From the IMG/VR virus record IMGVR_UViG_3300000117_000004: DNA of 38,360 nucleotides; one strand, given 5' to 3'. The notes under the pieces were generated by a model that was not told where the DNA came from, did no database searches, and was given only the letters and a program-made list of their open reading frames with translations. Within the stretch, counting starts at the first letter, position 1, and each line of letters opens with the position of its first letter. The stretch is from a virus. The position numbers and the translations under genes were made by a program. Shown one piece after another: positions 7,754 to 13,837 of this stretch.

Positions 7754-8611
7754 TTATTTTCCTTTATTTATGTTTAATGAAAACTTTTTTGGTAATGCTT
7801 TTTTTCTGGTAGGCTGTGGTGGGTTATTAGCCTCAAATAAATCAACCAGCTTTACTACTTTATTCATAAGCTTGTGTGCATCCTCTGTAAAATCCCCAGC
7901 CTTATTACGAATAATCTTTACCTTCATTTTACCTGGCTTGGCTTCTCCCTTATATCTACCCTGGCAGTATAAGGACCCAACTGCTTGAATCTGTACACCA
8001 TATATTTTTTCCATCAGTATCGCATAGGCCATACATTGTACAAAGTGCTTATCACTTTCATTACCAGTCTTTAAATCTCCTACCATTAAAATATCTTGGT
8101 TCTGCTTCTTGTTATGTATCTTCATAATCATATCAGCAGTACCAGCATATGGCACATCAGGATGCCATAACATTATTTCAGATTTTAAGATGGTGGGTTG
8201 ATGTTCTTCATACCATAGTATGAATTGTACAAGGCATTTTTTAATCTCTTCTAACATCTGCCATTTGCTACCCATCATCTTCCATTTAATATCTTCTTGC
8301 GCTTCTAGGGCTTCTAGGATATCTTTTTCTGTAACTTCTTTACCATTAATCATATCCTCAACTGGATTATGCGCTCCAGTACCTTTAGTCGTAGCCCAGC
8401 TTGTTATAACATCAGACCAGTATCCATGTTGCTGTTTCCAACTAGCTAATCCAGGACTAGCTTCAACACTGGCCAAATTGGTCCAGGAAGGTTTAAGGGG
8501 TCTTTCAAACTGGTGAAAAGTATCCATATCAATTGGTCCATAATAGCGGCCCCCTTGAGTGGCATACCTTCTTATAGGAATTCCTTTATCCCATTGTATT
8601 TCTTGTGACAT
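7754..8611 (-). CDS. RecB/Cas4-like PD-(D/E)XK exonuclease (recombination exonuclease)
   Basis: Motifs GTADMIMK, VGDLKTG (D-x-K) and HFVQCMAYAIL (Q...Y) occur in the order typical of RecB-family nuclease domains. Confidence 0.6.
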   Translation of the reverse strand: MSQEIQWDKGIPIRRYATQGGRYYGPIDMDTFHQFERPLKPSWTNLASVEASPGLASWKQQHGYWSDVITSWATTKGTGAHNPVEDMINGKEVTEKDILEALEAQEDIKWKMMGSKWQMLEEIKKCLVQFILWYEEHQPTILKSEIMLWHPDVPYAGTADMIMKIHNKKQNQDILMVGDLKTGNESDKHFVQCMAYAILMEKIYGVQIQAVGSLYCQGRYKGEAKPGKMKVKIIRNKAGDFTEDAHKLMNKVVKLVDLFEANNPPQPTRKKALPKKFSLNINKGK

Positions 8612-8789
8612 ATGTATCCTTTAGCCATTTTTCAAATTCATCAACTCTCACTCTGATAGTTTTTTTACCAATTTTATAATGTGGTATTTCACCGCTTGTA
8701 ATTCTTTTAGCGATTAATCTATAATCAGTGTTCAGTATTTCGGATATGTCTCTTATAGTATAGAATTGTGCTGTTTGTTTCTGTCGCAT
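8586..8789 (-). CDS. Excisionase-family / MerR-like HTH DNA-binding protein (Xis or Cro-like early regulator)
   Basis: FYTIRDISEILNTDYRLIAKRITSGEIPHYKIGKKTIRVRVDEFEKWL matches the excisionase-type HTH pattern. It is the first gene of the leftward operon and is divergent from the repressor. Confidence 0.6.
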   Translation of the reverse strand: MRQKQTAQFYTIRDISEILNTDYRLIAKRITSGEIPHYKIGKKTIRVRVDEFEKWLKDTYVTRNTMG

Positions 8790-8977
8790 GGTGTATTGGT
8801 ATGTAGTTTATATAATATCATAATGTGGTGGGATAACATAAAAGTATTATTATACTATTGTCAATACATATTATGCGCTTTTATAACATTTTTTAATATT
8901 ATTGTACTATTTGGTAATATTTATGGTATATTTGGGCATAGTACAATGCTAATATATCAATGGAAGGGTCTATTATC
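8790..8977. promoter_or_regulatory. Divergent immunity-region promoters with repeated operator half-sites (TRTACTAT / ATAGTAYA)
   Basis: Half-sites lie at 8851-8858, 8903-8910 and 8938-8945. ATTGTACTAT at 8901-8910 and ATAGTACAAT at 8938-8947 form an inverted pair. On the minus strand there is a perfect -35 TTGACA (8859-8864), with TATGTT 18 nt downstream (8835-8840). Confidence 0.55.
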
Positions 8978-9754
8978 ATGAATTTTGCAGAACAATTAAA
9001 ATATGTGAGATTTAAAAAAAAGCTAACGCAAAAGGATTTAGCTGAAATTTTAGAAATAAGTCCAGGGGCAGTCTATAAGTATGAGAATGAACTTATGAAC
9101 CCTGGTTATAAGATTATACGAAAGTTTGAATCTTATTTAACCGAGAATAGTGCGGAATTATCAATGCCTTTATTGGATGATATTTCTGAGGACAGCGAAC
9201 AAGAGGCGAAAGGCTTCGGAGAGGATGCGAATATGCAAATCAGTGACTTGATAAATAGTCAAAAACGAACAATAGAATTGTTGGAAAGTGAAAACCAGCG
9301 ATTAAAATCAGAAACAAGAGTAGATAGTATGTATAGCGAAGTACATGCAGAGATAGTTTTTTCATTTAATATAAAATTAAAATGGTCAATTACTAGTCCT
9401 GGTATCAAAGTGCAGTATATTGATGATGGTAATTATATACCAGTTATGGCTAAGAAATTAGGATATAGTGTAAATGAAATGGCCGACCTCTTGCAGATTA
9501 ATGAAATGGTCGAGTATAAAAATCATAAAATACATAGCCTTAGAAATAAGGAAGAAAAAGAAGAAATGTTAGGCATTATATATAATTTTATGTCTGCATT
9601 TAAAACTGTAAAAATGAATACTAGTTTACTTATAGCTGAAATACCAGTTAAATACACAGCAAAAAATGGTGAAAAATTCGCATCTAATGTTGAGTATAGA
9701 GTTAATTGGGTTAAAGGAAGTGGGACCGCGCACATACGCTGGTGCAAGGATTGA
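8978..9754 (+). CDS. XRE-family HTH repressor (CI-like) with an unassigned C-terminal domain
   Basis: The N-terminus MNFAEQLKYVRFKKKLTQKDLAEILEISPGAVYKYENE is a canonical XRE/Cro-CI HTH. The ATG at 8978 is preceded by GGAAGGG. The C-terminal ~180 aa show no S24 peptidase motifs that I can see. Confidence 0.75.
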   Translation: MNFAEQLKYVRFKKKLTQKDLAEILEISPGAVYKYENELMNPGYKIIRKFESYLTENSAELSMPLLDDISEDSEQEAKGFGEDANMQISDLINSQKRTIELLESENQRLKSETRVDSMYSEVHAEIVFSFNIKLKWSITSPGIKVQYIDDGNYIPVMAKKLGYSVNEMADLLQINEMVEYKNHKIHSLRNKEEKEEMLGIIYNFMSAFKTVKMNTSLLIAEIPVKYTAKNGEKFASNVEYRVNWVKGSGTAHIRWCKD

Positions 9755-9755
9755 G

Positions 9756-9775
9756 GGTGAGCCAAAAGTGAGCCA
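9756..9775 (+). repeat. Double-octamer motif GGTGAGCCAAAAGTGAGCCA, copy 1 (candidate integrase arm-type site)
   Basis: Identical 20-mer at 9982-10001, and a 19/20 match on the opposite strand at 36181-36200. Confidence 0.6.
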
Positions 9776-9791
9776 ACTCAATTTGAGTAGT

Positions 9792-9825
9792 AAAAAAAGA
9801 GGGGTCAGAAACGACCCCTTTTTTT
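9792..9825. terminator. Bidirectional rho-independent terminator after the repressor gene
   Basis: AGGGGTC-agaaac-GACCCCT stem-loop (9800-9819), with an A-run upstream and a T-run downstream. Confidence 0.7.
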
Positions 9826-9840
9826 GTGTTTTGTCGTCAG

Positions 9841-9895
9841 TGGAGAGAGAGGGATTCGAACCCTCGAAACGCCTAAACGTTTACACGCTTTCCAA
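9841..9895 (-). other. attP core: 3' portion of a tRNA-Ser(GGA)-like sequence (not a complete tRNA)
   Basis: The minus strand reads TTGGAAA (anticodon loop, GGA), GCGTG, a long variable arm (AAACG..CGTTT), a T-arm GAGGG-TTCGAAT-CCCTC, and the acceptor 3' strand TCTCTCC. There is no matching 5' acceptor strand upstream. Confidence 0.7.
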
Positions 9896-9981
9896 ATATG
9901 CATTCTATCCTCGGTAAAACATGTCACCCTCTAATAATCATTACATTTTGATACATTATATAGCATATAAATACCTATTAG

Positions 9982-10001
9982 GGTGAGCCAAAAGTGAGCC
10001 A
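9982..10001 (+). repeat. Double-octamer motif GGTGAGCCAAAAGTGAGCCA, copy 2 (candidate integrase arm-type site)
   Basis: Exact repeat of 9756-9775 on the other side of the tRNA-like core. Confidence 0.6.
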
Positions 10002-10045
10002 AAAAAAGCCCAAGGAGAGGACAGCGAATCACAAACTCCCTGGGC
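10001..10045 (-). terminator. Rho-independent terminator of the late operon
   Basis: Minus strand: GCCCAGGGA, a 20-nt loop, then TCCTTGGGC (one G-U pair), followed by TTTTTTT. It starts at the stop codon of the endolysin-like gene. Confidence 0.6.
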
Positions 10046-10530
10046 TAATTGTCAATATTAGATATCAACGATTTAAATTTAGCGACAGTGCCTTTACCTT
10101 TGCTACTATTATATATTAGCTTCCACATTGAGGCCGCCTCATCTTTATTGATTGGTAGCGGCATAGGTGAGCGCCAATATTTAATTCTAGCCATAATTAT
10201 AGCTACAGCCATATTATGTTCTAAAGCCCATTCCCATAATCTGGGGTCCGTAGACTTCCATAGTCTGGGGTCAGTCATAGAAGCCAAACTGCATTGTTCT
10301 CTAAGTGACTTTCGAAACTTAAAATAATTAGAAACAGCATCAACACATGTCATAGGTTCGACTTGCCAGAAACTTCTAGCTGGGCCATCACCTAATTGAT
10401 ATAAGTATTGATACTTAGATTCAACGTATCCAGTCCAAAATAGTAGGTTTACAGCGTTTTTATGCGCGTACTTATGACCTAACTCTTTTAGAGTAGAATG
10501 TATAAGTTTTCGTATTTGTTTATGATTCAC
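10045..10530 (-). CDS. Putative endolysin (SLT-like lytic transglycosylase pattern)
   Basis: TGYVESKYQ...GPARSFWQVEP resembles the E-S ... G-x-x-Q catalytic region of the SLT domain. It is the last gene of the late operon, next to small membrane proteins. GTG start. Confidence 0.45.
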   Translation of the reverse strand: MNHKQIRKLIHSTLKELGHKYAHKNAVNLLFWTGYVESKYQYLYQLGDGPARSFWQVEPMTCVDAVSNYFKFRKSLREQCSLASMTDPRLWKSTDPRLWEWALEHNMAVAIIMARIKYWRSPMPLPINKDEAASMWKLIYNSSKGKGTVAKFKSLISNIDN

Positions 10531-10736
10531 TATTTTTCAAGTTCTTTACCTTTGGGCTTTGCTTTTGGTGCTGATTTCTTTTTCTTCTCAACAGCTTCCA
10601 TAGCATCTTTGACACGCGCAAACATAGCATCATCTTTTTTAGATGGTGTTACTTTTACTATAGTATCAATTACCCACATGATTACAGCCTTAGCACCATG
10701 TCTTTTGACCTGGTTTCTAATATATCTTTTAATCAT
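10530..10736 (-). CDS. Small protein, 68 aa, with a Lys-rich tail (lysis-cassette member?)
   Basis: ORF with an ATG start and a weakly hydrophobic centre (AKAVIMWVIDTIV). The assignment rests on position only. Confidence 0.45.
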   Translation of the reverse strand: MIKRYIRNQVKRHGAKAVIMWVIDTIVKVTPSKKDDAMFARVKDAMEAVEKKKKSAPKAKPKGKELEK

Positions 10737-10887
10737 CTTTCGTTTCTCCTTTAACCATTCTAGTTAGCCCCTGGACCACAACATCTAATATGATATCATC
10801 TTTATCACTAGGGGACATCTTCACAATCTTTTCAGCCACCATGAATGCTAACAGCATCCACTCCCAATTTTCTGCTAACCATTCCAT
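10729..10887 (-). CDS. Small protein, 52 aa, with a hydrophobic N-terminus (MEWLAENWEWMLLAFMVAEK...)
   Basis: Hand-translated. The ATG immediately follows the upstream TAA, and the stop overlaps the next ATG. Confidence 0.4.
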   Translation of the reverse strand: MEWLAENWEWMLLAFMVAEKIVKMSPSDKDDIILDVVVQGLTRMVKGETKDD

Positions 10888-11109
10888 TTATATCATCCTC
10901 ATAACTATGTTTACTATTATCGGCAAAAGTATTACTCCAACTGTGCCATATGTTTTTATCATTACTAAATCTTTTTCATGTTCATCGAGTCTATAAAAAA
11001 TGCGCTGGATATTTGCATCTACTCTTTTAATTGAATTAAACAGCGTAATCTGCCTTTCATTTAATTTTGTTAAATGCTTTATAATCTCTGTATGCTGTTC
11101 ATGGTTCAT
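10888..11109 (-). CDS. Tail-anchored membrane/coiled-coil protein, 73 aa from the ATG at 11109
   Basis: C-terminal TM segment TYGTVGVILLPIIVNIVMRMI. The ATG at 11109 forms an ATGA overlap with the upstream stop. The track ORF extends to 11154. Confidence 0.5.
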   Translation of the reverse strand: MNHEQHTEIIKHLTKLNERQITLFNSIKRVDANIQRIFYRLDEHEKDLVMIKTYGTVGVILLPIIVNIVMRMI

Positions 11110-11417
11110 TTTCTCATCTTCTTCTTTGATAACGGATTCAAACTTTGGTACCATTTTATTTCCTCTTCCAGCTTCTCTCGTTCTATCTTCTCTTGTTCTA
11201 TATGCTTTTCAACCAGGGACTCAATGTTTTGATTATGTGATTCCACTCTAGACTCAAGTTCCGATAAGCGTTTTTCAAAACGATAGACTGCCATAGAAGC
11301 GATGCCCAAGGCCACCAGGCAATTGAACAAAAAACGAAGGTTGACATTGAGTATGAGATTGTCAGATATCGTTCTTGCTGAGTACGACCTATAAGTTTTT
11401 TCATCAGTGTCTCCCAT
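11106..11417 (-). CDS. Membrane protein with one TM segment plus a coiled coil, 103 aa
   Basis: TM segment LRFLFNCLVALGIASMAVY, followed by heptad-like RLSELESRVESHNQNIESLVEKHIEQEK. Confidence 0.55.
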   Translation of the reverse strand: MGDTDEKTYRSYSARTISDNLILNVNLRFLFNCLVALGIASMAVYRFEKRLSELESRVESHNQNIESLVEKHIEQEKIEREKLEEEIKWYQSLNPLSKKKMRK

Positions 11418-11730
11418 TTATCCTACTCAGGCTTCCCATCACTTCTGATAAATCATTATTTATTGATGATAGTTCTCGGCGCAAATCGTCATGCTTCCTA
11501 TCCAATTTATCATCTGACTTATCTAATCTTGACAATAACTTTAAAATTATCCCTTCGACATTGTTAATAGTCTCCTCTGACTTAGCCTGACTAACAGCTA
11601 ATTTATCTAATGTTTCATTTTGTGCATTTTGACTTCTTATTATATTGGTTATCATAAAACCAAATAAAAGGGCCATTACCCCAGTTACACCTAGAGTACT
11701 CCAGCTTTCAATAAGTGTTGTTGTATCCAT
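11404..11730 (-). CDS. Membrane protein with an N-terminal TM segment plus a coiled coil, 108 aa
   Basis: TM segment LGVTGVMALLFGFMITNII, followed by a coiled-coil-like region. Confidence 0.55.
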   Translation of the reverse strand: MDTTTLIESWSTLGVTGVMALLFGFMITNIIRSQNAQNETLDKLAVSQAKSEETINNVEGIILKLLSRLDKSDDKLDRKHDDLRRELSSINNDLSEVMGSLSRINGRH

Positions 11731-11745
11731 ATCCGCATCCCTTGT

Positions 11746-11949
11746 TTACTTGAGACTATCTACTAACTTGCTATAGAAATGTGTATGACCGCCAACTAAC
11801 TCATCCAATTGAAATCTAGTCTGATGTATTTTATTTTCCAGAGATTCAATATGTTGCATTAGTCTTTTTTGGTCCTCACTCAACTTATCTATAGGATAGC
11901 TTTTCCCATCTATTGTTAGCATGTTATCATCTTTTTTCTTTGGTGCCAT
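11746..11949 (-). CDS. Small coiled-coil protein, 67 aa from the ATG at 11949
   Basis: The track start at 12000 is GTG with no RBS. The ATG at 11949 has AGGAG 10 nt upstream. Confidence 0.5.
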   Translation of the reverse strand: MAPKKKDDNMLTIDGKSYPIDKLSEDQKRLMQHIESLENKIHQTRFQLDELVGGHTHFYSKLVDSLK

Positions 11950-12003
11950 TGATTTGTTACTCCTATACCAATTTGGATTGTATCTTTTACGTTTAGCCAC
12001 TAA

Positions 12004-13485
12004 TTACTGACCGCCTACACTGCGAGTAATTCTGTAAATTTGCATAGAACTATTTTGAGCCGATAAAGGCACAGAACCAGTAGCTTCTCTATCTAAAATC
12101 ATAACCCTAGCTTTTATATAATCATTAGATGCTAATGTGTTTAGAATTATCTGCCCAGCCATAGCACCTGAGTTATAATTAGCACCAGTACTTCTTATAT
12201 ACATACTATCTATTGCATAAGATTGTCTTAAGGTCCCACCACTGCTATAATGATTTAAAAAGCATTGAACTGTAGTTCTATTAGAAGAACCTGATGCTGT
12301 TACAACCATCGAATAGTTTATTCTATATTCACCTTTTACTTTTATGGTGACTTGAGCGGACCCATTATTATGAGTAATGTATGATGTATTTTCGGTTGTA
12401 GGTGTATCTAATGTTACATCGGAAGCAGTACCACTCGTTCCAACATTTACATTGAAGGCAGTAAATGGACAACTAAATATTTGAGAAGCAGAAGTATCTA
12501 CTGAGATTGGGTCATTTAATTGGATGGTGTCATAAAAAGTAGTTTGTCCATTAACAGTTAAATCACCATCAAGGTCTAAATTGTTAAATGTAACAGAATT
12601 ACCAGTTCCTAATCCTAAATTGGTTCTAGCAGAACTAGCACTAGATGCACCAGTACCACCATTAATTACTGCCAGGTCTGTACCCGACCAATTGCCATTA
12701 TTAATACTGGGACTATTTGCTACCCAGGTAATACCTTCAGTTGTTGGTGATGCAGATAAAACATATCCAGTAACTGGAGAATTGGTTGTATTAAAATGCT
12801 GTTCTCGAATACTATTATCAGCATATTTTGCTGTAGTAATAGCATCATCTGCTATCTTAGCAGTAGTAACATTAGCATCTGCTAATTTAGCTGTAGTAAC
12901 TGCATCATGTTGTATATGTCCAGTATCTATAGACCTATCTACATAATGTTCCGAATCAATAGAATCATCAGCTATTTTTGTACCATTAACTGCATCAGTA
13001 GCAATCTTAGCAGTTGTAATTGAACTATCTGCAAGTTTATCTGAATCAACTGCATCATTTGCTAACTTAGCATTGGTCACTGCACTTGTTGCGATTTTTG
13101 CAGTGGTTACTGCACTACTTTGTATCTTACTAGAATTGATTACATTACTAGCTAACATTGCCGCATCATTTATGCATTCTTGTGCAATGTGAGTATTGTC
13201 TATTTCTTGAGGCCCAATCTTAGAACCAGTGACAGCTTCACTAGCTATTTTATCACTGCTTACTGAATTAGTTGCAATTTTACTTCCATTAACTGCATTG
13301 TCTTGAATCATTGGGCGACCAATTGCATTGTCTGCAACCTCAGATGATGTAACTGCATCCTCTGCTATCTTAGCAGTTGTTACTGCATCGGATGCTAATT
13401 TACCAGTAGTGATAGCGTTACTAGCAATATTGCTAGATGATACGCTACCACTGCTATCCAGTATTATTTTATTAAATGTTGGCAT
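12004..13485 (-). CDS. Tail fibre protein with about 20 tandem ~11-aa repeats
   Basis: The N-terminal half is a periodic array (AITTGKLASDAVTTAKIAEDAVTSSEVADNAI...). The C-terminal part is globular. It lies in the fibre region of the late operon. Confidence 0.7.
   Translation of the reverse strand: MPTFNKIILDSSGSVSSSNIASNAITTGKLASDAVTTAKIAEDAVTSSEVADNAIGRPMIQDNAVNGSKIATNSVSSDKIASEAVTGSKIGPQEIDNTHIAQECINDAAMLASNVINSSKIQSSAVTTAKIATSAVTNAKLANDAVDSDKLADSSITTAKIATDAVNGTKIADDSIDSEHYVDRSIDTGHIQHDAVTTAKLADANVTTAKIADDAITTAKYADNSIREQHFNTTNSPVTGYVLSASPTTEGITWVANSPSINNGNWSGTDLAVINGGTGASSASSARTNLGLGTGNSVTFNNLDLDGDLTVNGQTTFYDTIQLNDPISVDTSASQIFSCPFTAFNVNVGTSGTASDVTLDTPTTENTSYITHNNGSAQVTIKVKGEYRINYSMVVTASGSSNRTTVQCFLNHYSSGGTLRQSYAIDSMYIRSTGANYNSGAMAGQIILNTLASNDYIKARVMILDREATGSVPLSAQNSSMQIYRITRSVGGQ
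12795..13440 (-). repeat. Tandem ~33-nt coding repeats inside the fibre gene
   Basis: This region encodes the reiterated x-A-V-T-T-A-K-I-A-x-D units. The units diverge at the DNA level. Confidence 0.6.
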
Positions 13486-13631
13486 GGCTTCACTTCTTTT
13501 CTTTCGTCATTTCCTTCTCAAGCCCATTTGTTAGTCGCTCTAAAAGCTTACCAAAGACTATTGCATCTGACCCTTTTATTTGTGCCATTTGCATTACTGT
13601 TACGATTATATTTAATTGATTAGCATCTAAT

Positions 13632-13829
13632 TCAACTTTCAAGATTACTCCTATGCATGTTTCCCAGTTTTGTTATTACAGCATAGGCTATTTCAATATC
13701 CGTACCTTCGAAAGAACTTCTTTTTATTAATCTTAATAAGAAATCAGTATCCCGAACCCCTAACCTATCATCATGAGAGGGTAAAGGTTCGGGAAGATTT
13801 GGTTTCTTACTACCAAGGATTCTAGACAT
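13632..13829 (-). CDS. Small hypothetical protein between the fibre genes (possible fibre chaperone)
   Basis: 65-aa ORF with an ATG start. The assignment rests on position only. Confidence 0.45.
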   Translation of the reverse strand: MSRILGSKKPNLPEPLPSHDDRLGVRDTDFLLRLIKRSSFEGTDIEIAYAVITKLGNMHRSNLES

Positions 13830-13837
13830 AAACTTAA

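Noticed and set aside
9666-9917. 83-aa plus-strand ORF
   Set aside because: It starts inside the repressor gene in another frame and runs through the double-octamer site, the terminator hairpin and the tRNA-like fragment. It is an artefact of the stop-poor tRNA-like sequence.
9841-9930. A complete, functional tRNA-Ser gene on the minus strand
   Set aside because: The T-arm, variable arm, 3' acceptor strand and anticodon loop are clean. The 5' anticodon-stem strand is degenerate (CATAT versus GCGTG). Only a CCGAG remnant of the D-loop is present. No GGAGAGA 5' acceptor strand exists. This is better explained as an attP core.
10015-10033. A fourth copy of the early-gene leader (aggacagcgaatcac)
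   Set aside because: No ATG follows. The sequence lies in the loop of the late-operon terminator on the opposite transcriptional strand, so the resemblance is probably coincidental.
13490-13594. A 34-aa minus-strand ORF (MQMAQIKGSDAIVFGKLLERL...) between the two fibre-region genes
   Set aside because: It is very short and has neither a clear RBS nor any motif. It may be real, but I cannot support it.
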